IMG/VR virus record: IMGVR_UViG_3300006097_000019
Span: 1-64,000 of that record
Strand: one strand, 5' to 3'
Origin: a virus
DNA: 64,000 bases
Positions 9,368 through 19,423 of this stretch are shown piece after piece (position 1 is the first letter of the stretch; every line of letters starts with the position of its first letter). The notes under the pieces are model-generated. The model had not been told where the DNA came from. It saw only the letters and a program-made list of their open reading frames with translations, and searched no databases. Both the position numbers and the translations under genes were made by a program.

Positions 9368-10051
9368 ATGTATTTTGAAGAAGAAAATTATTATTATAAA
9401 CCAACTTTAGCTGACGAGATAATGTATGAATATCAAGAGAAAATGAAGGATGCTTTATTAGAAAGTGTAAAAAATAAATTAGAAAAAGCAGAAAGTGAAT
9501 ATATAAGAATTAAAAAAGAAAATGAGCAATTACGAAAACAATCAAGAGATGTAGAAAATAAAAGAAGAGAATTAGAACAAAAAGAGAAAGACTTAGAAAG
9601 AAATTTTTATAGAAAAAAATTCTCTGAATTAATAAAACCATTTGAAGAAAAATACAGTGGTTATTATGCAGATAAAGAATATAAAATGGTAGAAAAATGT
9701 AACCAATGTGATTCAGAAAGAAAAGTTAATTATACTGCTCCTAATGGTGAGACAAAATATCTTGATTGTTCATGTAAAAAAAGTTATATGGTTTACCTTC
9801 CTGTATCAACTAGTATAAATAAATTAAAACTTAGTAAATCAAATAATTATTATGATAAAGAATTTATTATTAGTCCTCATTATTATTTACGAGATGAAGA
9901 TGATAGTCGTTGGCTTACATTGGAATTTAATACAGTTGTTGATATTTTTGATAAAGATATAGCTAATGAATATAGGGTTTATGATACATTATTTAAAACT
10001 AAAGAAGAATGTCAAAAATATTGTGATTGGTTGAATGAAAATGATAAATAA
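9368..10051 (+). CDS. hypothetical coiled-coil / zinc-ribbon protein
   Basis: 227 aa; K/E-rich coiled-coil segment followed by CNQCDS...CSC. Confidence 0.5.
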   Translation: MYFEEENYYYKPTLADEIMYEYQEKMKDALLESVKNKLEKAESEYIRIKKENEQLRKQSRDVENKRRELEQKEKDLERNFYRKKFSELIKPFEEKYSGYYADKEYKMVEKCNQCDSERKVNYTAPNGETKYLDCSCKKSYMVYLPVSTSINKLKLSKSNNYYDKEFIISPHYYLRDEDDSRWLTLEFNTVVDIFDKDIANEYRVYDTLFKTKEECQKYCDWLNENDK

Positions 10052-10090
10052 TACCATCAAATCATGCTTTTATAAAGGAGGAGAGTAAAA

Positions 10091-10255
10091 ATGGAGAAAT
10101 TTAGTATTGAATATGTAGATAATTTTAAAAATGCAACATTTATTTATAGGGAAATAGATGATGATTTAGATATTTATACTGCTGTTGATTACTTTAAAGA
10201 ATTTTTAAGAGGTGCTGGTTATAGCGAAAATTTAATAAATGAAGTTTTAAAGTAA
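10091..10255 (+). CDS. hypothetical small protein (54 aa)
   Basis: ATG after aaggaggag SD; read by eye. Confidence 0.35.
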   Translation: MEKFSIEYVDNFKNATFIYREIDDDLDIYTAVDYFKEFLRGAGYSENLINEVLK

Positions 10256-10387
10256 AATTTCTGTTTTATTGATAGTATAAAAATAAAGGAGTGTTTAATA
10301 TGTATAGAGTACAAAGAACAGTAATATTTAGTGAAGTGGAAATTGATGATGTTCAATTAAAATAACATATTTAATAGGAGGGATTAA

Positions 10388-10678
10388 ATGAATATAAAAC
10401 AAGAATTAAACAGTATTAAAGAATTAGTTGAATATACTTTAGAGTATTATCCTGAAACAAGAAACAGTGATAATGAATTATATTTTAAATGTTGTGAAGT
10501 ATTAGGTGTTAATAATATTGATAAAGTCAAAAAGTTAAATTTAAGTATTATTTCAATCCATAAAATACGTCAGCATATACAAAACAAAGAGAAAAGATTT
10601 TTACCTACAGAAGATATTAGAAAACATAGAAAAAGAAGATCAATTCATTTTAGAAGCTACTTTAAGGAGTGTTTATAG
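10388..10678 (+). CDS. hypothetical protein
   Basis: 96-aa ORF with aggaggg SD. Confidence 0.5.
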   Translation: MNIKQELNSIKELVEYTLEYYPETRNSDNELYFKCCEVLGVNNIDKVKKLNLSIISIHKIRQHIQNKEKRFLPTEDIRKHRKRRSIHFRSYFKECL

Positions 10679-10905
10679 TGTTAAAATGTCATGCTAGACA
10701 ATGTAAACATAATGATAAAATGGGATATTGTGAATTAGATGAAAAAGTGATAGACGAAGGTGGATTTTGCGAAGGATTTGAGGAAGATAAAGAAAGATGT
10801 ACTAGTTGTGGACTTTATTTAGAAATGAAACCTGAATATAAGTTTTATAATGATTTAGATTATACTATTGATATAGTTGGCAAATGTCCAGTTTGTAATA
10901 TTTGA
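10669..10905 (+). CDS. hypothetical Cys-rich protein
   Basis: 78 aa, GTG start overlapping the previous ORF; C-x-x-C pairs. Confidence 0.45.
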   Translation: MFIVLKCHARQCKHNDKMGYCELDEKVIDEGGFCEGFEEDKERCTSCGLYLEMKPEYKFYNDLDYTIDIVGKCPVCNI

Positions 10906-10942
10906 TATGTATATTAGTGGGAGGTGATTTTTTCTAATCCTA

Positions 10943-10963
10943 TTAATATAATAATAATACTTA
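10943..10963 (+). promoter_or_regulatory. recurrent intergenic motif (putative phage promoter)
   Basis: ttaatataataataatactta immediately upstream of the nrdJ SD. Confidence 0.5.
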
Positions 10964-10982
10964 TAAATAGGAGGTAATAAAA

Positions 10983-13900
10983 ATAGTACAAATAAATCAA
11001 AATGTTCAAGACTTATTAGAAAAAAGATACTTTTTAAAAGATAAAGATGGTAGGTTATTAGAAAAAACATGGGAAGAATTAGTAAGTAGAGTAACGGAAA
11101 ATATTGCTAGTGCTGAAAAAAATGAAGAATTAAAAAATAAATATAAAGATATTTTTTACAATATGGTTTCTGAAATGGATTTTATTTCTTCTACACCGTC
11201 ATTAATTAATGCAGGAACGCAAGTACAACAGTTATCTAGTTGCTTTAATATTAAAATTGAAAAAGATAATATTGAAAGTATTTTTAAAGCAGTTAGTCAA
11301 TGTGCAAAAATATTTCAGAAAAATGGTGGTTAGTTTTTAAACTAAGCTACCCTATACGGTGACGTATAGTTAAAAATCCTGTGAACCTAAAATTAGGGTG
11401 TGAAAATTCTATTAATAGAATTTTTGCTAACGGTGGACACCTAAACCGTAAAGGTCGGTAGGCAATACCGTGCCAAGACTTTTTCTTTGGATTTAATTCA
11501 GAAGCATCTAGGTATTATAAAATATCAGCTGAAGCAATATCACAAAGAGTAAAAAGAGGAAATAGTGGCGTAAAACCTAGAGGCGGTAATCCAAAACTTA
11601 GAGGTTTAATTTTAAAATCCAAAGAAGAGTAAGGTGTAACGACTATCCCGTCTGGGAGTAGGTTTAAGGTGAAATTCCTTATTCCGAAGTGCAGGACTCT
11701 ACTTAGTATTTAAGTAGATGAAGATATAGTCTAGTCCCACTTCTTTAAGAAGTGTTAAAGTATGTCGAAAGACAGGGTGTAAACGGCTGGTTTTAATGTT
11801 TCAATTTTAAGACCTAATGATAGTATTATTATTAATTCAAATGGTGTATCATGTGGTACTATAGGTTTTATGGAAATATTTGATTTAATAGCTGATGTCA
11901 TTACTAGAAATAATGCTAGAAAGGGTAGTGGTTGCCCCCTATATTGGTAACAATATAGTGAAAACTCGGTGAATTGCTGGAAAATCTTTTAATTAATGTA
12001 ATCGCAAATTTAAGGTGATATAAATTAAATTATACTCTGCAAAAGAAAAGCAAGTTTGTAAAATTTGTGGCAAAGAATATAAAAATAATAAAAGTGGATT
12101 GTTTACAAAGCATTTAAAAGAAAATACATAATATAACTCTTGATGAATATTTAATTAAATATTTTTATAATAAACAGATGTTGAAGTGTAAAATGTGTAA
12201 TTCAATAGTTGGTTTAAATAGAGGTATACCAAATGAGTATTGTAGTAATTGCTTTAGAAAAAGTAAGTTAATTACAGGAATTAAAACATGTGTCATGTGT
12301 GGTAAAGAATTTAAGTATAAAAATTCTTTGCAAATGAAAAATAAAACTTGTTCCAAGGAATGTGGTTATAAATTAGTAAGTAAAAAAGTTAAAGATTTTC
12401 ATAATTCTTTAACAAATGATGAAAAAATAAAGATTAAAGAAAAAATGTGTAAAACAAAAATTAAAAATGGTACAACAGGAAAAGGCAAGACTCCTTGGAA
12501 TAAAAATAAAACTGGTATTTACAGTGAAAAAACTATTGAAAAAATACGCAATGCTACAATTAAACAAATGCATGAATCAAGAGTTAAAAAAACTAAATGT
12601 GAATTTGTATTAGAAAATATATTAAAGGAATTATCTATTAATTATAGATATTCTTTCGTTATTAATGATAGACAATTTGACTTTTGTTTATTGGATTATA
12701 ATATTTTAGTAGAATGTGACGGAGATTATTGGCATGGAAATTTGTCTACTGGAAAATATAAAAACCCAAATCCAACTCAGTTAAAAAATATGATAAATGA
12801 TTTATATAAAACAATATTAGCACAAGTATCTGGTTTTATAATACTTAGGTTTTGGGAAGCAGAAATTATTAATTATCCTGATATTGTTAAAGAAAAAATA
12901 AATGCGATTACATTAATGTTAGAAGACAATCAGCATCCAAGTCTTTTAGGAAACTAAAAGAAAGGTTCAACGACTAGGACATACAACCTAAAGACTTTTG
13001 TCTATGGTTATGAAGTCCGTAGGGTTCAAGTGGACTCGAAGTGCCGAGCAACCTAATAAAATAGGTTGATGATATAGTCTGAACTTACAGGTGACTGTAA
13101 GAGGGTTGTTTGAGATAACATCAACGAACAATCCGTAACACAATTGGCTCTCAAAATAGATTTAAATGATTGGCATCCAGATATATTAAATTTTATTAGT
13201 ATTAAAGATAATACTGAAAATCTAAAAAGAATGAATATATCTGTTTCTTTATCTGATAAGTTTATGGAAGCAGTACAAAAAGATTTAGATTGGCAATTGA
13301 AGTTTCCTGATTATGAAAAATGTAAAGAATTATATGATGAAGAATGGAATGGTTACTTAGAAGAATGGGAAATAAAAGGGTATCCTGTAAAGGTGTATAA
13401 AACTTTAAAAGCTAAAGATTTATATAGAAAAATCATGGAACATGCTTGGAAAACAGGAGAACCAGGAGTTAGCTTTAGAGATTTAATGGATAGATCTAAT
13501 CCTAATCCTCATATGGGGAAAATAGATGCAAGTAATCCTTGTAGTGAGTTTACCTCAGTTCCTTTTAATAGTTGTAATCTAGGCTCAATAAACCTTTATA
13601 ACCATGTTAGCAATAAAGAATTAAATTCAAATAAATTAAATCAAACAGTTAAAAATGCAGTAAGATATTTAGATAATATGATTACTGTAAATAAATTGCC
13701 ATTAAAAGAGATTGAAGAAGTAACTAAAAAAATAAGATCAGTTGGTTTAGGAGTCATGGGTTATGCTGATATGCTTTATGCATTAAGAATACCTTACAAT
13801 TCTAAAAAAGGATTGGAGTTTACAGACCAATTATTAAATTACTTATGGTTACAATGTGTAGAAACTGGAGAAGAATTAGCAGAAGAAAAAGGTGTTTATG

Positions 13901-14970
13901 ATAACTGGGAAAATAGCGTTTGGTGTAATCAAAATATTAAATCAAGGTGTTCAAATTATCTTTCAATTGCTCCCACAGGTAGTATTAGTTTTATTGCTAA
14001 TGTATCTGGTGGTTTAGAACCTAATTTTGCTTTAGTCTACCAAAGAGAAACATATGAAGGAGATAAATATTTTGTAGTTAATGCTGAATTTGAAAAAGCT
14101 CTAAAAGAATATGGTATATATTCAGAAGAGTTAATACAAAAAGTATTTAAAGAAGGTAGTATTCAAAACATTAAAGAAATTCCAGAGGACATTAGGAAAG
14201 TGTTTGTGGTTGCAGGTGATTTAACTCCACAAGAACATATTAACACTTTAGAAATTTTCTATAAATATATAGATTTAAGTGCTAGTAAAACAATTAATTT
14301 ACCATCAACAGCAACAGTAGAAGATATTGAAGATGTTTATATGGATTGTTGGAAAAGAAATATTAAATGTGTAACTATTTATCGTGATGGTAGTAGAGAA
14401 AATCAAGTATTAACTACAGGTAAAGATACTAAAAAAGAAACTCAATGTAATTATAAATTAGAACGTGGAGTAATTTTAGATGTTGCAGAAGATTTAATAG
14501 GAAAGAAAAGAAAATTAATGAGTGGTTGTGGATCATTACATGTTTTAGCATATTTTGAACCAACAACAGGTGAATTATTGGAAACATTTTTATCTAAAGG
14601 TAGTACAGGTGGATGTCAAAACTTTATGGTTGGATTGAGTAGAATGATTTCTCATGCTTGTAGATTAGGTGGAAATGTTTATGCCATTGCAGACCAACTG
14701 AAATCAAGTGGTACTTGTCCTAGTTATTCAGTTAGAAGAGCGACTAAAAAAGATACATCTCTTGGTTCAAGTTGTCCTATAGCAATTGCAAATGCGTTAA
14801 TTGAAATGTATGAAGAAGTACAAAGTGAATTATTTTATGATGAAGAAAAAGAAAATAAAAAAACTATCATTGAAGAAGTTAAAAATAACTGTCCTGAATG
14901 TGGTAAAGAAATGACTTTAATAGAGGGTTGCAAATCTTGCATATATTGCGGTTTTAGTCTCTGCAATTAA
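10983..14970 (+). CDS. nrdJ: class II (B12-dependent) ribonucleotide reductase, three exons split by two group I introns
   Basis: Exon 1 is about 10983-11330 (..[25 protein letters not shown]). Exon 2 is 11786-11926 ([30 protein letters not shown]). Exon 3 is 13147-14970 ([40 protein letters not shown]-terminal Zn ribbon). The joined sequence matches the NrdJ consensus GGxGxxxSxLRP / RRGA..HPDI with no indel. No canonical start codon precedes exon 1. Confidence 0.85.
11331..11785 (+). mobile_element. group I intron 1 in nrdJ (ORF-less, degenerate HEG remnant)
   Basis: Exon ends ggtggT. IGS gctacc (11346-11351) pairs with ggtggt with a terminal U-G. P2 hairpin is ctatacggtgacgtatag. The core contains gatatagtc (11723-11731). 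The last intron nucleotide is G at 11785. Confidence 0.75.
11927..13146 (+). mobile_element. group I intron 2 in nrdJ carrying a homing endonuclease ORF
   Basis: Exon ends aagggT. IGS gcccc is followed by P2 ctatattggtaacaatatag. The core contains gatatagtc (13071-13079). Terminal G is at 13146. Confidence 0.75.
12178..12957 (+). CDS. intron-encoded homing endonuclease (zinc-finger modules plus Vsr/PD-(D/E)XK-like nuclease domain)
   Basis: CxxC..CSKEC zinc-ribbon modules. C-terminal [13 protein letters not shown] ... ILRFWEAEI resembles the Vsr/DUF559-type nuclease core. An upstream N-terminal piece ([23 protein letters not shown]) lies in another frame. Confidence 0.6.
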   Translation: MLKCKMCNSIVGLNRGIPNEYCSNCFRKSKLITGIKTCVMCGKEFKYKNSLQMKNKTCSKECGYKLVSKKVKDFHNSLTNDEKIKIKEKMCKTKIKNGTTGKGKTPWNKNKTGIYSEKTIEKIRNATIKQMHESRVKKTKCEFVLENILKELSINYRYSFVINDRQFDFCLLDYNILVECDGDYWHGNLSTGKYKNPNPTQLKNMINDLYKTILAQVSGFIILRFWEAEIINYPDIVKEKINAITLMLEDNQHPSLLGN

Positions 14971-14982
14971 AGGAGTGTATAA

Positions 14983-15669
14983 ATGAATTTACAGCAAATA
15001 TTATTTAAAAGAGATAAATATGAAGTATTTAGTCCTGAGTGGATGGAATTAAATGATAAAAAAATGAAAGAATTAGAAAAAGTAAAACCTTCGACAAAAG
15101 AATACATAATAAGTTTTATAGAAAATGATTTAAAAGAAATTCCAGAAGGGTTTAGCTTTACAAATAAAATACCTAATGGAATTGAGGGATATGTTTATAA
15201 AAGAAGTTATTTTGAATATCATCCTTGGTATAGGCATCCAATTCCTTATGTAATTGTAAAATATCAAAATAAATACTTCTTTATTTTAAGAGAAAAAGGC
15301 AGTGGAGAATTAAGATTAATAGGTAAAAAAGGTTTATTAGGTGGTCATGTGGGACTTGAAGATTTAGTTACAGATGATTTAGAAAGTACAATTGAAAATG
15401 CTCTATATAGAGAATTAGAAGAAGAAGCTGGTATTACAAAAGATTTAATTGAAAATATAAATATAAAAGGTTTAATTAAAAATAATGAAGGTGTAGATGC
15501 AGATCATTTAGGATTTGTATATGAAATAGAGTTAATTACCGATGATATTAAATCTGAAGAAGATGGTGTACTAACTGGTATTTGGATTAATAAAGAAGAT
15601 TTAGTTAATCACTATGATAGTTTTGAAAGTTGGAGTCAAATAGTGTTTGACAATTTGCTATCACTTTAA
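14983..15669 (+). CDS. Nudix hydrolase
   Basis: Nudix box GGHVGLEDLVTDDLESTIENALYRELEEEAGI (Gx5Ex7REUxEExGU). Confidence 0.75.
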   Translation: MNLQQILFKRDKYEVFSPEWMELNDKKMKELEKVKPSTKEYIISFIENDLKEIPEGFSFTNKIPNGIEGYVYKRSYFEYHPWYRHPIPYVIVKYQNKYFFILREKGSGELRLIGKKGLLGGHVGLEDLVTDDLESTIENALYRELEEEAGITKDLIENINIKGLIKNNEGVDADHLGFVYEIELITDDIKSEEDGVLTGIWINKEDLVNHYDSFESWSQIVFDNLLSL

Positions 15670-15686
15670 TATAAAAATAATACTTG
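15666..15686 (+). promoter_or_regulatory. recurrent intergenic motif (putative phage promoter)
   Basis: ttaatataaaaataatacttg overlapping the Nudix stop codon. Confidence 0.5.
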
Positions 15687-15739
15687 TTGGGTTGGGTGCT
15701 TACTGCCCCTTCCCCTCCAAATAGGAGGTAGTTTATGAA

Positions 15740-15958
15740 ATGAAATGTATTGGTGATAAGTGCATCGCATTTTACTATACCGATGATATGATGATTTGTA
15801 GAATTACTCATGAATTAATTGAAGATGAGTGTGTTGGGTTGAAAAATAGAGAAAAATTACAGCAGATGCAGGAAAATTTAATTTGTAAAATTAGTTATTT
15901 GACAGACAAATTAGCAAAATTGCAAAGCTTAGAGCAAATTGTTAAAGAAAATCAATAA
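15740..15958 (+). CDS. hypothetical protein
   Basis: 72-aa ORF with aggagg SD. Confidence 0.5.
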   Translation: MKCIGDKCIAFYYTDDMMICRITHELIEDECVGLKNREKLQQMQENLICKISYLTDKLAKLQSLEQIVKENQ

Positions 15959-15989
15959 TGATAAAACCAATATTTTATGAGGTGAAATT

Positions 15990-16160
15990 ATGATTAATAT
16001 GTATCCAATTAAGGAAACTAGAAAAGTGAAAACTAGTTTAGGCATGATATTGAAAAATATTTGTATTGATAAAAACGGAAGAGAAATTACATATCACGCA
16101 GATGGTTACTATTATGTAAACAAAGATAATTCAGTATCAAAAAGAAGGTATAAACATTGA
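15990..16160 (+). CDS. hypothetical small protein (56 aa)
   Basis: ATG after gaggtg SD; preferred over the antisense ORF 16087-16293. Confidence 0.35.
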   Translation: MINMYPIKETRKVKTSLGMILKNICIDKNGREITYHADGYYYVNKDNSVSKRRYKH

Positions 16161-16315
16161 AGATATTAGTTGATAAATTACCGACAAATTGCTCTAAGTG
16201 TTTATTTTTAGGAGATATTAAAGAAAAAACTGGATGTACTTTATTAAAATTAAAAATTCCTTTTGAAATAGGTATAACAACAAGGCTAAGCAATTGTCCT
16301 TTAGTAGAACAATAA
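16157..16315 (+). CDS. hypothetical small Cys protein (52 aa)
   Basis: TTG start overlapping the previous stop (ATTGA); co-directional. Confidence 0.3.
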   Translation: MKILVDKLPTNCSKCLFLGDIKEKTGCTLLKLKIPFEIGITTRLSNCPLVEQ

Positions 16316-16338
16316 TATAAAAATAAAGGTGTGATAAA

Positions 16339-17133
16339 TTGGTAAAAATTAAAGATGATAAATACTACACTCCATCTTATTTAGCCAAATATTGTATAGA
16401 TAAAACATATGAAATTATTGGTGAAGAAAATATATCTGAAGTTATTGAGCCAAGTGCAGGAAATGGAAGTTTTAGTAATCAAATTCCTACATTATGTTGG
16501 GCATATGATATAGAGCCTGAACATCCTAGTATTAAAAAACAAGACTACTTGACTTTAAATATCAAATATTTATGGGGCAGATTAATAATTGGTAATCCAC
16601 CTTATGGAAATTGCATGAATATGGCACAGAAATTTTATAAAAAAGCAATTAACGAAGGAGATTATATAGCTTTTATCTTACCTATTAGTCAACTATGGAA
16701 CACAAATAGTCTATATGAGTTTAATTTAATTTATAGCGAAGATTTAGGCAAACAACAATTTTCTGATAGGAAATTACATTGTTGCTTTAATATTTACAAA
16801 AGACCTGATGGTGAATTAAATACTAAACCTAAAAATAAATTAAAAGATGTAACAATATTAAGACAAGATAGTAAAAAATTCAAAGAAGTAGATAATTATG
16901 ATTTAAGAATGTGTTATTGGGGTGATGGTTCAGCAGGTAAAATACTTAAACCTAATGAAAACTATTCTGCTGAATATAAAATTATAGTCAACAATCCACA
17001 AATTAAAGAAAGAGTTATTGATGTATTATCAAATATTAATTGGTGGAATGAATTGAATTGTATAGCAATGTTGAAAATTCAACAATTTCATATCGTTAAA
17101 GTGTTAAAAAAGTATATACCTGAAATAGAATAG
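16339..17133 (+). CDS. N6-adenine DNA methyltransferase (gamma-class)
   Basis: KYYTP near the N-terminus, SAM motif EPSAGNGSF, catalytic GNPPY. Confidence 0.8.
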   Translation: MVKIKDDKYYTPSYLAKYCIDKTYEIIGEENISEVIEPSAGNGSFSNQIPTLCWAYDIEPEHPSIKKQDYLTLNIKYLWGRLIIGNPPYGNCMNMAQKFYKKAINEGDYIAFILPISQLWNTNSLYEFNLIYSEDLGKQQFSDRKLHCCFNIYKRPDGELNTKPKNKLKDVTILRQDSKKFKEVDNYDLRMCYWGDGSAGKILKPNENYSAEYKIIVNNPQIKERVIDVLSNINWWNELNCIAMLKIQQFHIVKVLKKYIPEIE

Positions 17134-17142
17134 GAGAAAATC

Positions 17143-17286
17143 ATGACAAACTTTGAATATATTACGCAAAGCCCTGAAATATTAGCAGAATTTCTAGAAA
17201 GTTTAAATATAGAACAAGGAGAACAAGCAATATGGGAAGATTATTTAGGTGAATCAGCATTGAGATGGTTGAATGAAACTATATAA
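17143..17286 (+). CDS. hypothetical small protein (47 aa)
   Basis: ATG after aggag SD; read by eye. Confidence 0.35.
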   Translation: MTNFEYITQSPEILAEFLESLNIEQGEQAIWEDYLGESALRWLNETI

Positions 17287-17295
17287 AAGGAGTAT

Positions 17296-17520
17296 TTGAT
17301 TGTGAAATTTTTATTTGGTGATATTGTAGTAATAAACGAAAATCAAATTGGTGTGGTAGTAAAAACATGGGAAAAATTATCTCTTAATACCTATGAATAT
17401 GAAATTTACAATAGAATGACAAATAGAATTGAAACTTATTTAGAAGAAAATGTTGAGAGGTATAGTGTAAGGCATAAGTATTTAAATGAAGAAGAAATGG
17501 AATATCAATGGAATTATTAA
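17296..17520 (+). CDS. hypothetical protein
   Basis: 74 aa, TTG start after aaggag SD. Confidence 0.45.
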   Translation: MIVKFLFGDIVVINENQIGVVVKTWEKLSLNTYEYEIYNRMTNRIETYLEENVERYSVRHKYLNEEEMEYQWNY

Positions 17521-17636
17521 TAAATTGTATTTTATTAAAAGGTAAAATGACTGAGTGTAGGAGAGATATGATAAGACTTGAAAAGTTGATGTATGATTAT
17601 GGTTTATAAATTATAACTTATATTTTGGAGGTATAA

Positions 17637-18038
17637 ATGATTTCTTATAAAAAAAATAAGAAAATTCAACAAATAAAGAATAAAACTTTAGATATGATTC
17701 TATTCCCAATTAGAGTAATTTTAACGCCTATATATAAAATACACAAAAAATACAAATCTAAAAAAAGATATTCTTATAAAACTATTTTAAAACTAGTTCA
17801 ATATTGTATAGATTATCATTTAAACCATGATGATTATATATATGTAGCATTTACAAATTGGGTTAGCGAAGAATGTGAAGATTATGGTATTTACGGATAT
17901 AGCAGTTTGTGCGATATTTCTTGGGGATGGAATGGTGAGCATAAAAAAGTTAAAAATAAAATATCACATGCTTATTTTAATCAAAAAGACGAATATGTTA
18001 AGGCAGTAAAGGAATTATGTGGAAATCCCTTGTCTTAA
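17637..18038 (+). CDS. hypothetical protein
   Basis: 133 aa with ggagg SD and a basic N-terminus. Confidence 0.5.
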   Translation: MISYKKNKKIQQIKNKTLDMILFPIRVILTPIYKIHKKYKSKKRYSYKTILKLVQYCIDYHLNHDDYIYVAFTNWVSEECEDYGIYGYSSLCDISWGWNGEHKKVKNKISHAYFNQKDEYVKAVKELCGNPLS

Positions 18039-18176
18039 GAAGAAAAGAAAAGAGAATTTACGAGAAAATTAAATAATGGCACGACTTATTTGCAACATGT
18101 ATATTATCAGATACAAGATAAGGAATTGTGTAAAATTAATAATAAATACGCTGAATAAAATTTATCTTTTATTGCA

Positions 18177-18197
18177 TTAAATATAAAATAATACTTA
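18177..18197 (+). promoter_or_regulatory. recurrent intergenic motif (putative phage promoter)
   Basis: ttaaatataaaataatactta followed by TATAAT. Confidence 0.5.
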
Positions 18198-18217
18198 TAA
18201 TTAGGTGGTGATTTAAT

Positions 18218-19315
18218 ATAAATATTGCTATTATTGATGCTGATTTAATAGGTAGAAAAAGTCACAGGTTTCCAAATTTAGCTTGTATGAAATTGAGTGG
18301 TTATTATAAAAATTTAAAAAATAATGTTGAATTAAAAATTAACTATAATAATTTAAATCAATATGACAAAGTATTTATAGCAAAAGTATTTACTGATACG
18401 CCTATACCTGAAGAAATATTAAAATTACCTAATGTTAAATATGGTGGCACAGGTTTCTTTTATGACAAAGCAGAACCGTTACCTCATGATATAGAACATC
18501 ATTTTCCAGATTATCATTTATATGATAGTTGGGTAGAGACTCAAGTAAATAATGGATCAAAAAGAAAAGAGTTTGAATATTATCTTGATTATTCTATTGG
18601 ATTTACTACAAGAGGGTGCTTCAGAGGTTGTGAGTTTTGTGTTAATAAAAATAGCAAACAATCTGCAGTACATTCCCCTATATCTGAATTTTTAGATGTT
18701 AATAGAAAATATATATGCCTACAAGATGATAATGTTTTTGCATGTAGTTCATGGAAGTCTATATTTGAAGATTTACAAAATACTGGTAAACCATTTACAT
18801 ACAGACAAGGACTTGATGAGAGATTATTAACTGAAGAAAAAAGTATTGCTTTAAGTAAATCTAAATGGCGTGGAAATATAATATTTGCCTTTGACAACAT
18901 TAAAGATAAAGATATTATTATAAAAAAATTAAAATTATTTAAAAAATATAATAAAAAAACTCCTAAATTCTTTGTTTTTAGTGGTTTTGATAGAAAGAAT
19001 AAGTGGGATGAAAGGTTTTGGGTAAATGATATAGTAGAAGTTTTTCAAAGACTTGAAATATTAATGCAATATGAGTGTTTACCATATTTGACAAGGTTTA
19101 ATAAATATGAAGAAAGTCCATATAGAGGTATGTATATTAATTTTGCAAGATGGTGCAATCAACCAAATTTCTTTAAGAAAAAATCATTTAGAGAATTTTG
19201 TGAAGCAAATGGTGAAAAAAGTGCAACAATGAGATATATGAGAGAATTTGAAAAGAAATATCCTGAAATTGCTAAGAAATATTTTGATTTAAAATATCCT
19301 CAATACTATATCTAG
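18218..19315 (+). CDS. radical SAM enzyme with N-terminal B12-binding-like domain
   Basis: Cx3Cx2C cluster motif GCFRGCEFC. The frame is open from the stop at 18209, and the N-terminal IAIIDADLIGRKSHRFPNLACMKLSGYYK looks like a class B rSAM B12-binding domain. The first ATG is only at 18287; the best SD-spaced candidate start is ATA 18218. Confidence 0.65.
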   Translation: MNIAIIDADLIGRKSHRFPNLACMKLSGYYKNLKNNVELKINYNNLNQYDKVFIAKVFTDTPIPEEILKLPNVKYGGTGFFYDKAEPLPHDIEHHFPDYHLYDSWVETQVNNGSKRKEFEYYLDYSIGFTTRGCFRGCEFCVNKNSKQSAVHSPISEFLDVNRKYICLQDDNVFACSSWKSIFEDLQNTGKPFTYRQGLDERLLTEEKSIALSKSKWRGNIIFAFDNIKDKDIIIKKLKLFKKYNKKTPKFFVFSGFDRKNKWDERFWVNDIVEVFQRLEILMQYECLPYLTRFNKYEESPYRGMYINFARWCNQPNFFKKKSFREFCEANGEKSATMRYMREFEKKYPEIAKKYFDLKYPQYYI

Positions 19316-19388
19316 TATTTAAATATAAAATAAAACACAATATATAGTATATAAAACGCCATAAAATACAATTTTTATCGTTTTGCCG

Positions 19389-19408
19389 ATAAACATAAAA
19401 TAATACTG
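19389..19408 (+). promoter_or_regulatory. recurrent intergenic motif (variant)
   Basis: ataaacataaaataatactg just upstream of the SD of the 19424 ORF. Confidence 0.4.
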
Positions 19409-19423
19409 TTTAGGAGTGATTGT

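Noticed and set aside
10855-12356. Minus-strand ORFs 10855-11070 and 12165-12356
   Set aside because: They overlap nrdJ exon 1 with its promoter region, and the intron HEG start. Both are shadow frames.
13144-13146. TTG at 13144 as the true start of a stand-alone 608-aa reductase ORF
   Set aside because: The residues from 13147 continue the NrdJ active-site consensus begun in exon 2 (..ARKG|[13 protein letters not shown]). The TTG is the last three nucleotides of intron 2.
15605-16293. Minus-strand ORFs 15605-15811 and 16087-16293
   Set aside because: They are antisense to plus-strand ORFs. Two small co-directional plus-strand ORFs (15990-16160 and 16157-16315) explain the region better.
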